Source: Turneriella sp.
GTDB lineage: Bacteria; Spirochaetota; Leptospiria; Turneriellales; Turneriellaceae
DNA length: 64,000 nucleotides
Direction: 5' to 3'
NCBI GenBank assembly: GCA_965279515.1
Contig: CBDIID010000003.1
Coordinates: 2,208,001 to 2,272,000 of the forward strand
Part shown: piece after piece, positions 21,014-31,174 of the stretch
Layout: the number at the start of each line of letters is the position of its first letter
How positions within the stretch are numbered: the first letter of the stretch is position 1
Notes under the pieces: generated by a model
Told to the model about the DNA's origin: nothing
The model's database searches: none
The model's input: the letters and a program-made list of their open reading frames with translations, nothing else
Position numbers and translations under genes: made by a program

Positions 21014-21940
21014 TTAAAAGAGCGCCGTCATGGCGAGCGCCATACCGTTTTCAGTCTGCCGCGGTGTGAGATACCAATCGAGGCTGCGTTTGCCATCGGC
21101 AGCGACCTTACTCGTCTGCGTGCCTGCATACATGCGGCGAAAATTACGCCCGATCGTAAAACCAACGACTGTACCGATAATCGCACCAGCGATCACGTCT
21201 GAAGTCCAGTGGTAATTGCCATTGATCATAGCGAAACCCATGAGGGCAGAGACGGGATATCCCACCCAGGGAATCCATGGTTTGTCGGGATAAAATCCGT
21301 GGAACGCACTGGCCATGGCAAACATCGAAGAGGTATGCCCCGAAGGCCAGCGCCAACGCCCGGAAGAAACGGATTGTTCGGCAATATTAAAATTAAACTC
21401 CTTATCACGCGGTGTTGTTCCCGTGGTCGCATCGTATTCTGGCCGGGGGCGGCCCGACGCCCACTTCCAGAAAAACACAATACCGCCATTCACCCCCAGC
21501 GCCTGCAAACCCGCAGCGCCTGCAGCCGCCGTTTCATTTGAACCCCAAAAATAGCCGTAAAAGAACATCAGAGTGTGGGGAACGGCGGCGGCAAAGTTAC
21601 CGACCTGCAGAAACCCCTGGTCGACACTGCGCGACCAGACCGGGCTGCGGCTGATGGCCGAGTTGATGCGTTCGTCGAGATTGGTATTCACGATCACAGC
21701 CGTTGATACCGGGACGGAAACCCAGGCGGCGATGTTACCCGGTGACCCCCAAAAGGTGTCCGCGATATTGCCCCACAACCCCGAAAAAAAGTGCAATTTC
21801 GCGGGCGCGGGGGCGGTTGTCGCCGGAGCGGGTTTGGGTGGTTCTTCAGCGGCCGCTATGGCGGTTACGGAGAGAATCAGTAGGGAGAGAAGAATTTTGG
21901 CTGGCTTCGCCCGACGGCAAAAAAATTTGTCTGTAATCAT
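21014..21940 (-). CDS. PAP2-family phosphatase
   Basis: KWASGRPRP, WPSGHT, HWTSDV motifs; N-terminal signal-like segment. Confidence 0.88.
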   Translation of the reverse strand: MITDKFFCRRAKPAKILLSLLILSVTAIAAAEEPPKPAPATTAPAPAKLHFFSGLWGNIADTFWGSPGNIAAWVSVPVSTAVIVNTNLDERINSAISRSPVWSRSVDQGFLQVGNFAAAVPHTLMFFYGYFWGSNETAAAGAAGLQALGVNGGIVFFWKWASGRPRPEYDATTGTTPRDKEFNFNIAEQSVSSGRWRWPSGHTSSMFAMASAFHGFYPDKPWIPWVGYPVSALMGFAMINGNYHWTSDVIAGAIIGTVVGFTIGRNFRRMYAGTQTSKVAADGKRSLDWYLTPRQTENGMALAMTALF

Positions 21941-22006
21941 CTTGTGGTGATGTCCATAGACGCTTCTAAGTTGAATTATCCGACAGCAGAATACAGGATA
22001 TTAGCC

Positions 22007-23035
22007 CTATTTTCGTTTTCCGGTCTTAACCGGCGACTTACGAACGGCTTTCTTTTTGGGCCGCGGTGATTTTTTTGCGGCTTTTCTTGGGGGCGCCGCT
22101 ATAGCCGCTACACTTGTGGGGTGGGTTACGGGCTTAGTTTTGATACTGAAAAACTTCGCCATCACGATACCGACGATGGCAATGATGAGCACCCCGTACG
22201 CCATGTTGACATACATGGCCTGCACCGGCATCGCGAACGGAAAACCCATCAGCAGGATAAAAATCGCCACATCGCCCGACATCATGCCCACCATAAACAT
22301 GGCAAACTTCAGCATCGGCGATTGCAGATTCCCGCGGATCGTCTCCACATCGTGAACAAACTCCGTCTCGCCTTTCGCACCCTTCAGGTATGTGCGCAGA
22401 CGGCTGATCGAACCCGGATTGAAGACCAGAATCTGGAACCAGTCATTCAGGTAGCTGAACCAGAGCAGGAATGTGCCGTTTCCGGCGGCAATCGTGCGGT
22501 ATTTTTTTTCTATTTCTTCGACAATCGTATCTTTGCCGTCGCGCAGTGCCGCAGAGAACTTGCGACGGAAATGGTCGGTGCCCTGCGCCATGACTCCCGA
22601 AACTGTGGTGCTGAGTAGCAGCGTACCAACGGTTTCCGGAATACTGTGGGCGTTGTTCAGACGCATGAAGAAATAATAGCCGGTCATCAGGCAGAGAAAG
22701 CCAATGGTGTCCCCGAGCATGTCGAGATTGCGGCCCAGCTCAGACGACATGTTTTTGCGACGCGCGATTGTGCCGTCGAGGCAATCGAGCACAGCCCGCA
22801 CCTGGAAGATGATAAAAGCGATCCAGAGATCGGTGGCTGAGCCCCGGGACAGAAACCATGCGCCGACAAAGGCCAGAAACGTGTGCACGATCGTGACCTG
22901 TGTCGGTGTGATCGGCGTGTACGAGAACGGAATATACCAGAGGTTCGCCATCGGGTAATAGATGAATTTATTCGGAAAATCCGTCATCAGCGAGATGAGC
23001 TTCGTTGCCGGAGTTTCTTTCTGTTCTGCCGACAT
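22007..23035 (-). CDS. CDP-alcohol phosphatidyltransferase family protein
   Basis: Signature DCLDGTIARRKNMSSELGRNLDMLGD; PITPTQVT; TMs; Lys-rich tail. Confidence 0.92.
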   Translation of the reverse strand: MSAEQKETPATKLISLMTDFPNKFIYYPMANLWYIPFSYTPITPTQVTIVHTFLAFVGAWFLSRGSATDLWIAFIIFQVRAVLDCLDGTIARRKNMSSELGRNLDMLGDTIGFLCLMTGYYFFMRLNNAHSIPETVGTLLLSTTVSGVMAQGTDHFRRKFSAALRDGKDTIVEEIEKKYRTIAAGNGTFLLWFSYLNDWFQILVFNPGSISRLRTYLKGAKGETEFVHDVETIRGNLQSPMLKFAMFMVGMMSGDVAIFILLMGFPFAMPVQAMYVNMAYGVLIIAIVGIVMAKFFSIKTKPVTHPTSVAAIAAPPRKAAKKSPRPKKKAVRKSPVKTGKRK

Positions 23036-24111
23036 CAGCCGAGATTCCGTTTGAGAAGACTCAGCAATAATTCCATATCGCTGTCGCGGATATCGCCCAT
23101 CACGGCGATGCGGAAAATTTTTCCGGAAAAATTACCCTGGCCAGCGTAGATTGTGAAGCCGTTTGCCTTGAGATCGTCGTGTAATACATCATAACTTTTT
23201 CCTTCGGGCATCAGGAAAGAGGTCAGGTAGCTCGAAAAGACATCGCGCGGGATCAGGGTCTTGACACCGACCGATGCCAGCAGGTCGAGAACGGTGTCTC
23301 GGCGCTTACGGTATACTGTGCGCCGCTGCAGCATGCCACCCATATCGAAAAATTCTTTCAGCGCTTCATGGAGCGCATAGACGCCCTGTACGGACTGTGT
23401 AAACGGAGAAAATCCGCTTTTTTGCGCCTTATAATATTCGAAGAGATCGAGATAGAGACTTTTCGCTTCACTCACGCCCGCCTCGAGCAAGTCGCGGCGT
23501 GCCAGTACAAAAGAAATCGCCGGTATCGAATGCAGGCACTTGTTGCCCGTCGCGGCAACTGCAAGCACATTGTCGAAGGGGATCTCTTCGGCGGCGAAAC
23601 TGGAAACCGCATCGACCATAATGGGAATATTATACTTTTTACCGAGCGCTGCGATGGGTTCGATCGGGTTACGGCGGCCCGTCGTGGTCTCGTGATGAAC
23701 GGTTAAGATAGAATGGTAGTTCGCGGCATCGGTTTTCAGATGCGCTTCGAGAGCCATGAGATCGATACCCTGTGTCCAGTCGCCCTTGATCAGGTTGAAG
23801 GGTTTGCCTTGCCTGGTGAGCATCGTCGCCATACGCTCGCCATAGACGCCGTTTGCGGCAATGAGGCATTTCTTATTCGCCGGCGCAAAACTCTGCAGCA
23901 TTGCTTCGACCGCCGACGTGCCTGAGCCCGTCAACATCACCGGTTGAAAGTCTTTCGCTTCGGGATAGACTTCGGAAATCATTTTCAGAATTTCAAGGCA
24001 GAGGGTTGAAAATTCTTTTTCGCGGTGGCAGAGATCGGGTTTCATCATCGCCGCACGCACGCGGTCAGACAAGGTTACGGGACCGGGGTTTAACAGAATT
24101 TCGCGGCGCAT
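23035..24111 (-). CDS. aepZ: 2-aminoethylphosphonate aminotransferase (PLP class V)
   Basis: LLNPGP, GSGTSAVEAM, NGVYGER, HHETTTG, DAVSSF, NKCL, IYAGQG; adjacent to aepY. Confidence 0.9.
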   Translation of the reverse strand: MRREILLNPGPVTLSDRVRAAMMKPDLCHREKEFSTLCLEILKMISEVYPEAKDFQPVMLTGSGTSAVEAMLQSFAPANKKCLIAANGVYGERMATMLTRQGKPFNLIKGDWTQGIDLMALEAHLKTDAANYHSILTVHHETTTGRRNPIEPIAALGKKYNIPIMVDAVSSFAAEEIPFDNVLAVAATGNKCLHSIPAISFVLARRDLLEAGVSEAKSLYLDLFEYYKAQKSGFSPFTQSVQGVYALHEALKEFFDMGGMLQRRTVYRKRRDTVLDLLASVGVKTLIPRDVFSSYLTSFLMPEGKSYDVLHDDLKANGFTIYAGQGNFSGKIFRIAVMGDIRDSDMELLLSLLKRNLG

Positions 24112-24112
24112 G

Positions 24113-25255
24113 TTATGTGGCAAGATACTTCTTGAAGCGTTCCGCAACTTGTACCGGAGTTACTTTTGGGCGCGGCAGATCGGAGTTTTCGCCGGGAGCC
24201 GTTTTGATATGGATAAAGGTGAGCGCGTCGCCTTTCACCGCTTCGGCAAAAGCTGTCGAAAACTCGGCAAGCGACGCCGCGAATTTCACGACGGGATATC
24301 CGCAGGCATGTGCAACCAGCGCGAGATCAAGCGAATGCGAAACGGTCTCTTGCCCACCCGTCGAATCATGCACTTCGTTGTCTAAAAGGACGTGGATCAG
24401 ATTTTTTGGGCGCTCATAGCCAACCGTGGCGAGGGCGCCCATACGCATGGTGATCGCGCCATCGCCGTCCAGGGCAACGATCTTACGCTCGGGCTTGGCG
24501 ACGGCAATGCCCAAGGCAAAGCTCGAAACACAACCCATCGAGCCCACCATGTAGAGCTGGCTCTCGCGGTCGTCGAGGGCATAGAGCGCGCGGCCCGTAA
24601 AACCCGTCGTAGCGACAATGGCATGCGGCGCGGGCGTCAGGCGCTGTACTTCGGCAAGAACCTCGCGGCGCAGCGGCCGGCTTGTGCTCTTGCGCTCGCC
24701 CGTGAGCGGCGCGCCCAGCGGCTTGGGGTTCGGCTTCGATGTCAGTTTATGCGGCGCAACTGTGTCTTTCTTCATGACAAGACCGTAGGGTGTGCCCGTC
24801 GAATCCATGTGTTTCACGGCACGGTCGATGACCGCGGCGACATCTTTCTCTTCCGCCGGAAAGAACTCCCACTGGATGCGCATGAGATCAAACAACTCGC
24901 CTGTAATCTGGCCCATGAGTTCGTGCTGCGGCTCGTCATGCGCGCCGCCCGGTTCGCCGCGCCAGGTCGTGATGACGAGCACGGGAACCTTAAAAATCAT
25001 ATTGAGTGAAGTCAAAGGCGAAACCGTATTACCAAAACCTGAATTCTGGAACATCACAACGGCGCGGCGCCCGGCGATCTCAGCCCCCGAAGCGATTGCG
25101 ACCGCATCGCCTTCGTTCGTCGCGCCGATGTATTCGAGATCGGGCGCATCGATGACATAGTTAATGAAAGGTTTCAGGTATGAACAGGGCACTCCCGTAT
25201 AAAGCGAGAAACCAGCGGCTTTTGCCTGTTCAATAAATGTTTTGGCCTCGATCAT
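24113..25255 (-). CDS. aepY: Phosphonopyruvate decarboxylase
   Basis: GVPCSYL, NEGDAV, QNSGFGN, DEPQH, VGSMG, and ThDP motif DGDGA...N. Confidence 0.95.
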   Translation of the reverse strand: MIEAKTFIEQAKAAGFSLYTGVPCSYLKPFINYVIDAPDLEYIGATNEGDAVAIASGAEIAGRRAVVMFQNSGFGNTVSPLTSLNMIFKVPVLVITTWRGEPGGAHDEPQHELMGQITGELFDLMRIQWEFFPAEEKDVAAVIDRAVKHMDSTGTPYGLVMKKDTVAPHKLTSKPNPKPLGAPLTGERKSTSRPLRREVLAEVQRLTPAPHAIVATTGFTGRALYALDDRESQLYMVGSMGCVSSFALGIAVAKPERKIVALDGDGAITMRMGALATVGYERPKNLIHVLLDNEVHDSTGGQETVSHSLDLALVAHACGYPVVKFAASLAEFSTAFAEAVKGDALTFIHIKTAPGENSDLPRPKVTPVQVAERFKKYLAT

Positions 25256-26866
25256 TTAGAAACTACTGCCCAGAAGTACGTCGTCGAGGTTGTCAATATC
25301 AAGCCAACCCGCGCGCGAAGTATAGACGACGCGCACTTCATGGCCTTTTTCAATCAGCGTGCGGATGAGATCAGACATGCGTAACGTATCGAACGATTTA
25401 TCTTTTTGCAGCTCTTTCAGAAGATTCTGCACGACTGCTGCGCCCTTTGCCGAAAGTTTGATAATGCCTGCCCACTCGCCATGCCGCTTGCCTTCAGCCA
25501 TGTCGTTGCCGATACCTGTCAGCAGCACTTCGTGATAAAATGATTTTGTCGATTGCGGTTCGCTGCAAGAAACATAATCCGCATAACGCGCCGAATTGCG
25601 GCTCGTCTGCCAGTCATAGTCAACGACGGCGACGATGTCTGCTTTTTCGTCGATGAGTTCCTGTGCGATATATTTCTTGAAGAGTACATCGCCATAAGAG
25701 ATAAAAGTTTCGCCTTCAATTTTGGCGATCGCCTTGGCGAGCGAGCTCAGCTCCTGGGTTTTCGCGAAATCATCATTATCGGCATAGGCGACATTCAAAA
25801 GATTAAATGCTTCTTTTTTATAACCACGCACCACGGTGACTTCTTTGACGCCGACTGCGCGGTAACTATCGATGATATGCTGCACCAGCGGTGTGCCGCC
25901 AATCGGCACCATCGCCTTGGGGATGTCCTTCGTCAGGTCGCCGAGCTCTTCGCCGCGCGATGCCGCGAGTACAATCGCGCCCGGCGCGGCGGTCGCCGGT
26001 AAATAACGTTTCTCAGCGTCTTCGAGCTCATCAGCGCCCTGGATGCGGAAGACTTCGCTGACCGAAGCCACTTTTTCTTCGACATTCAGCAGGTTCTGGT
26101 CTTTGAAGATCGTCGCAGCGGTGTGCTGCATCGCGGTGATGGCCGAGCGCATCAGGTGGTTTGCCCAGATGACGATTGAAAACTTATAATCACGGAAAAC
26201 TTCGGTAGGGGTTGCGTAGTATTTTGTCGGCACAATCACGACCGGCGCACGGTCACCCCACTCTTTTTTGAAGGCAAGAATTTCATCGGGTTTGCGCAGG
26301 GCACTGTGGATTAAAATCGCATCAGCACCTGCCTTGCGGTATGCTTCGGCGCGTTTGATCGCCTCATCGAGGCCCCAGCCGGCGATGAACGCTTCGACGC
26401 GTGCGACGATGACAAAATCTTTATCGGTCTGCGCGTCTTTGCCGGCGCTGATCTTGCCGCAGAATTCCTGGATTTCGGCAAGAGGTTGCTCTGAGCCTTT
26501 GATAAAACTGTTGGTCTTCGGAAAGAGTTTGTCCTCGATACAGACCCCGGCAACACCGCGCTGCTCGAGCTTTTTCACGAGGCGGCGCATCGAATTGAAG
26601 TTACCATAACCGGTATCACCATCGAGCAGAATCGGAATCGTCGTCGCGTCGCTCATAAACTCGGCAACTTCGAGTACCTGCGTCCAGCTGGCTTCGTTAT
26701 TGTCGCGTACGCCCATCTGCGCCGAAATGGAAAGTCCGCTTGCCCAAATGCCCTTAAAACCCGCTTCTTCGGCGATCTTGGCGCTCAGGCCATTGTGTGC
26801 CTCCATGAGGAATTCCACCTCGTTTGAGAGCAGCATATTCTTAAGGAGGGTTGTTTTCTTTGTCAT
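25256..26866 (-). CDS. pepM: Phosphoenolpyruvate mutase fused to a C-terminal nucleotidyltransferase (PntC-like)
   Basis: [15 protein letters not shown] and the PepM motif [11 protein letters not shown]-terminal VLAASRG...PKAM...SYGDV...WLDID. Confidence 0.96.
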   Translation of the reverse strand: MTKKTTLLKNMLLSNEVEFLMEAHNGLSAKIAEEAGFKGIWASGLSISAQMGVRDNNEASWTQVLEVAEFMSDATTIPILLDGDTGYGNFNSMRRLVKKLEQRGVAGVCIEDKLFPKTNSFIKGSEQPLAEIQEFCGKISAGKDAQTDKDFVIVARVEAFIAGWGLDEAIKRAEAYRKAGADAILIHSALRKPDEILAFKKEWGDRAPVVIVPTKYYATPTEVFRDYKFSIVIWANHLMRSAITAMQHTAATIFKDQNLLNVEEKVASVSEVFRIQGADELEDAEKRYLPATAAPGAIVLAASRGEELGDLTKDIPKAMVPIGGTPLVQHIIDSYRAVGVKEVTVVRGYKKEAFNLLNVAYADNDDFAKTQELSSLAKAIAKIEGETFISYGDVLFKKYIAQELIDEKADIVAVVDYDWQTSRNSARYADYVSCSEPQSTKSFYHEVLLTGIGNDMAEGKRHGEWAGIIKLSAKGAAVVQNLLKELQKDKSFDTLRMSDLIRTLIEKGHEVRVVYTSRAGWLDIDNLDDVLLGSSF

Positions 26867-26930
26867 GAAGGGTCTGCGCGTGTTTGCGCTCAGAAACAGA
26901 GGGTCAAATTAAAAACGCCCGGCTTGACGC

Positions 26931-27476
26931 CTAGGTAAATTTGCCGCTATAAAAGATGAAATCGGTGACACCTGTGTCGATTCCATGCTGGGTGAGCAAT
27001 GTCGTCACCTGGCCCCGGTGGTGTGTCTGGTGGTTGAAAAAATGTGTGAGTACGTCGGCAAACGGCCGTGACATCTCTTCGCCGCGCGCATTCTTGTAAT
27101 GTAAAGTCGCCGCAAGTTTTTCGTCCGATAACCCGTCGCGAACCCAGGCGATCAGCGCCGTGTCGAGCGCGGTACGCTCTGCACCAAGATCCGCGAAATT
27201 TTCGTGAATCTGGTAGGCATGTTCGCCGGTTCGGCCTTCAATATTACGGGCAATCTCTTCTGAAAGTATGCCATAACCATGCCCGGCCCGGACAAACCGG
27301 CGCAGCCAGTTCTTGTCGGCCCAAAGAATATGATTGAGTGTGGCGTGGATAGATTTGAAGAACGCGCCTTGATCCTGCTTTCTTTGGTCATCCGTCAGCT
27401 TGGATGCTGCCGCATAGACGGCGGCGTTCATCACCTGGTTGTATTGACTCAACTTGGTGAGAACGCCGTGCAGCAA
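26931..27476 (-). CDS. DinB/YfiT-family metalloprotein
   Basis: YNQVMN, FFKSIHATLNH, HFFNHQTHHRGQ; start set at the TTG just after the acrB stop. Confidence 0.9.
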   Translation of the reverse strand: MLHGVLTKLSQYNQVMNAAVYAAASKLTDDQRKQDQGAFFKSIHATLNHILWADKNWLRRFVRAGHGYGILSEEIARNIEGRTGEHAYQIHENFADLGAERTALDTALIAWVRDGLSDEKLAATLHYKNARGEEMSRPFADVLTHFFNHQTHHRGQVTTLLTQHGIDTGVTDFIFYSGKFT

Positions 27477-27477
27477 A

Positions 27478-30400
27478 TTACTTCTTCTTGGCTTTTCGGG
27501 CTTTGCGCGCCGCTTGCGCCGCCTGAATTTCCGCTTCGATACTGCCGGTGGTCGCCATGGTAATGTGGGCGTCGTGGCCATAATTTCCAACCTGGGTCAT
27601 GTCATAATCCGGACGGAAACGTTTTTCAATCCATTCGCGTAGGCGGTCAATATAACCGAATACCGCCGGTACAAAGAAGAGCGTCATGATCGTCGAGAAC
27701 ACAAGCCCCCCGATGATGGCAATACCCATCGCAGTACGTTGTTTCGCCGCTTCACCGAGCCCCATCGCCAGAGGCAGTGTACCCGCGATCATCGCGAACG
27801 AGGTCATGAGAATCGGCCTGAGACGCGCCTTACCCGCTTCATAGATCGCGTCGTTGAGGCTCATACCTTTACGCACGCGCTGCAGCGCATAGTCGACCAA
27901 AAGGATCGAGTTCTTAGTCACAAGACCCATCAGCATGATCAAACCGATCATACTGAAAATATTCAGCTGCTCTCGGAAAATCGCGAGCGACACAAACGCG
28001 CCCGAGATCGCCGGAGGAATCGCCGTAATGATCGTGATCGGCGTGATGAACGACTCATAGAGCGAGGCGAGAACGAGGTAGATGAAAAGCAGAGCTAACC
28101 CGAAGGCGAGCAGGATATTCTCCATGAGTTCTTTTAAGTCCTCTGCCTGACCCCAGAAGACATAACGAACGCCTGGCGGGGGTTTGATTTTACCATCGAG
28201 CATTTTCTTGGCCTCGTCGACGGCGTTACCGATCGCACCGCCCGGCGCGAGGTTCGCGTGAATCTTGATGACGCGCGAGCGGTCTTGCCGCGAGATGTTC
28301 GACGGTCCCGCCTTAACCTCGCCTTTACCCAGAATGCTGAGCGGAATCGGGCGCGACGGCTGGCTCAGGTTCGGTACAAAACTTTTGGCGAACGATGTCT
28401 TCAAATCGCGCTGCTCTTCTTTGAGACGCATGCGGATATCGTACTCGAGGCCGTTATCGTAGAACTTGCCTACAACACCGCCCGCAACATGCAGGCGCAA
28501 TTCATTGCCCGCGGCTGAAGGACCGACACCGACCTGCTGCATGCGCTCCGGGTCAAGCTGCACCTGGAATTCTGGCTTACCGGTTTGGAAATCTGCCGAG
28601 ACATCGATGAGGTCTTTGATTGTCTTGAGTTCGGCCATGACGATCTGCGAATACTTGTCGAGTTCGTCGAGGTTCTCGCCCGTGACGTTCAGGTTCAGGG
28701 GATACTGCACGCCGCCACCGACGGCGCTGTAGTCGTTCACCGAGACTTTCGCGTAAGCGAGGTCTTTCAGCATATCGCGAGCGACGTCTTTGAGAAGCCA
28801 TGTTTCGCGCTTACGCCATTTGCGGTCGACAAGCACAACACCGAGCTCGCCCTTATTGGCAATCGCGGTATAGTTAGAGCCGGCAACCGAAGCGATGAGG
28901 TGCACTTCGGGCAGTTTGCGCAGGCGTGTCTCAATCTCTTCAGCCATTTTCTTAGAGCCTTCGAGACTGGTTCCAGGCGGCATTTCAAAATTCACAAGAA
29001 ATTCGGGCTGCGTGTTCGGCGGTAAGAAGGTTTTCTTTACCGCGCCGCAAGATGCACAGTTACCGAGCATGACGGCAACGGAGATGCCGACGGTGACCAG
29101 CGGACGGCGCAGCGTGAAGCGCATGATCGTCGAATATGTAGCTTCGAGCCAATCCTGGAATTTATTGAAGCCGCGGATAATGAAGTTCGGTTTACCATGC
29201 GCCGAACCACCGAAATAAGCGGAGAGCATCGGCGCTACGGTAATCGCATCAAAGAGCGAAATCGCCATCGCGAACACCACGGTAAGACCCAGCTGTCTCA
29301 GGAACTGGCCCACCATACCGGAGAGAAATCCGACAGGCAAGAACACCGCGATCACCGTCATCGTCGTCGCGATCACGGCGAGCAGAACCTCGGTGGTACC
29401 GGTTTCGGCGGCCTTTACCGGATGCTCACCCTCTTCCATCTTACGGAAGATGTTCTCGCGCACGACAATGGCATCGTCGACAAGTAGCCCTATCGACAGA
29501 GAAAGCGCCAGCAGCGTGATAACGTTGATGGTAAAACCCATCGCCAGCATGAGAATAAAGGCGCCCAGAAGCGAGTTCGGCAGCGCAAGGCCGGTAATAA
29601 TCGTCGAGCGCATATTTCCCAGGAAGAGATACACCACGAGAACCGCGAGCAGTACACCGATAATAATCGATTCTTTCACATCGTCGACGTTGATTTTAAT
29701 CCAGCGCGCGGTATTACGGATCAGAGCAATCTCAGGCGCGCCGGTGACTTTCTTGATTTCACCTTTCAGTTCGCGCAGTGCAACCCCGGTCTCATCAGAT
29801 TTCGGGCTGTTCTCGATCTGCTTTTGCAGCGCCTTCAACTTCGCGCTGATACTGGCGCTACCTTTGACGACCGCATCATCTTCAATCTTTTTGATCTGCG
29901 CGTTGACTTTCTCCGCCTTGTCGCCGTTGCGGAGCATTTCTTTGAGTATGTTGAGTTCGCGCAAAGCGGCGGGACGCAAATCTTCGTTGATCTTATCGAC
30001 GAGTTTCAGCGTGGCGTCCGCTACCGCGACGGTATTCGCGTTCGATTGTTTGTAGACGTCGACAAGCAGTGCGGGCTTGCGTTCGCGCACCATCTTCGTC
30101 TGGTCGATTTCCTTACCCTTGAGATCGACAGTATCTTCTTCGACGGGCAGGTAGAGAAAGGCTTTCGCCTTAGGATCTTCAACCCCGTCGGAAACTTTTG
30201 CGACGCGCTTCAAGAGCAGCGCGCTGCCGGCGTCGCCGCCGAAGGAAACAACGGTATTTTCAATCTGCTTGAGGCGCTCGAAGCGGCCCATGGTACGAAA
30301 CGCGATCTCTTTATCGCCGCTCTCTTTTTTACCGACCGGCACGTTCGCGCCATAAGAGCGCAGGTTATTCGCGATCCACGTCAATGTCATTTGGTTGGAG

Positions 30401-30978
30401 TTCAGGAGGTTACGGTCGACTTCGACCTGTACCTCACGCTTCTGCCCGCCGGAGATACGCACGGCACCGACACTCGGCACCTGCTCGAAGCGCGGTTTGA
30501 TGCGCTGGTCGACATAGTCATAGAGTTTTGATGAGGGCATATCGGCCGCAACGGAAAGGCGGATAATCGGCTGGTCTGCGGGGTCGAAGCGCTGTATGAG
30601 AGGATCATCGATGCCGTCGGGTAAATCACGCCGCACCTTACCGAGTTTGTTGCGAACCTGTTGCTCCGCTTCTTTGATATCTTGCCCGAGATAGAACTCG
30701 CACATGACGATCGAAACACCTTCCTGGTTGTCTGAGCTCACGCGCTTGAGGCCTGAAATCGACGAAACCTCTTCTTCGATTTTTTTAGAAATCAGGGTCT
30801 CAATTTCTTCAGGACCAGCGCCTGAGTAGGTTGTCATGATGGTAATAAAGGGGATATTCACATCGGGGAAAAGGTCAACGCCGATACGTTTCAGCGAGAC
30901 ATATCCGGTGGAGAGCATGAGGATGACTAAACTGGCGACAAAAATCGGGCGCTTAATCGAAAACGCGGCTATATTCAT
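27478..30978 (-). CDS. AcrB/AcrD/AcrF-family RND permease
   Basis: SIKRPIF, GLLVDDAIVVRENI, GLVTKNSILLVD, RLRPILMT. Confidence 0.95.
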   Translation of the reverse strand: MNIAAFSIKRPIFVASLVILMLSTGYVSLKRIGVDLFPDVNIPFITIMTTYSGAGPEEIETLISKKIEEEVSSISGLKRVSSDNQEGVSIVMCEFYLGQDIKEAEQQVRNKLGKVRRDLPDGIDDPLIQRFDPADQPIIRLSVAADMPSSKLYDYVDQRIKPRFEQVPSVGAVRISGGQKREVQVEVDRNLLNSNQMTLTWIANNLRSYGANVPVGKKESGDKEIAFRTMGRFERLKQIENTVVSFGGDAGSALLLKRVAKVSDGVEDPKAKAFLYLPVEEDTVDLKGKEIDQTKMVRERKPALLVDVYKQSNANTVAVADATLKLVDKINEDLRPAALRELNILKEMLRNGDKAEKVNAQIKKIEDDAVVKGSASISAKLKALQKQIENSPKSDETGVALRELKGEIKKVTGAPEIALIRNTARWIKINVDDVKESIIIGVLLAVLVVYLFLGNMRSTIITGLALPNSLLGAFILMLAMGFTINVITLLALSLSIGLLVDDAIVVRENIFRKMEEGEHPVKAAETGTTEVLLAVIATTMTVIAVFLPVGFLSGMVGQFLRQLGLTVVFAMAISLFDAITVAPMLSAYFGGSAHGKPNFIIRGFNKFQDWLEATYSTIMRFTLRRPLVTVGISVAVMLGNCASCGAVKKTFLPPNTQPEFLVNFEMPPGTSLEGSKKMAEEIETRLRKLPEVHLIASVAGSNYTAIANKGELGVVLVDRKWRKRETWLLKDVARDMLKDLAYAKVSVNDYSAVGGGVQYPLNLNVTGENLDELDKYSQIVMAELKTIKDLIDVSADFQTGKPEFQVQLDPERMQQVGVGPSAAGNELRLHVAGGVVGKFYDNGLEYDIRMRLKEEQRDLKTSFAKSFVPNLSQPSRPIPLSILGKGEVKAGPSNISRQDRSRVIKIHANLAPGGAIGNAVDEAKKMLDGKIKPPPGVRYVFWGQAEDLKELMENILLAFGLALLFIYLVLASLYESFITPITIITAIPPAISGAFVSLAIFREQLNIFSMIGLIMLMGLVTKNSILLVDYALQRVRKGMSLNDAIYEAGKARLRPILMTSFAMIAGTLPLAMGLGEAAKQRTAMGIAIIGGLVFSTIMTLFFVPAVFGYIDRLREWIEKRFRPDYDMTQVGNYGHDAHITMATTGSIEAEIQAAQAARKARKAKKK

Positions 30979-31019
30979 AAATTACAAATTAATCACTGCG
31001 GACGATTTTGACCAAAAAA

Positions 31020-31035
31020 TTAACCAAACGGTTAA
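31020..31035. promoter_or_regulatory. Palindromic operator TTAACC-N4-GGTTAA upstream of acrB
   Basis: TTAACCAAACGGTTAA; a near-identical copy lies at 39896. Confidence 0.7.
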
Positions 31036-31066
31036 ACCACTCGGTAAAAAATTTAGCCTGAGTGTA

Positions 31067-31173
31067 TGCGTCAGGGATGCGTAGGGCCTGGTCGGCGCGC
31101 AGATGCCATCCATGGCAGCGCCGACCGAAGCGCAGCGGAGCCCGGAGCAGCCCGACCCGAAGGGGGACGCCCT
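31067..31173 (-). ncRNA. Structured RNA or repeat resembling the Flavo-1 motif
   Basis: Minus strand reads GGGCGTCCCCC...GTCGGGCT...[GTCGGCGC..GCGCCGAC stem]...ATCCCTGACGCA, matching my recollection of Flavo-1 terminal motifs; no covariance search was run. Confidence 0.5.
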
Positions 31174-31174
31174 G

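Noticed and set aside
27477..27590. Basic N-terminal extension of the DinB ORF
   Set aside because: It is an alternate-frame reading of the acrB 3' end.
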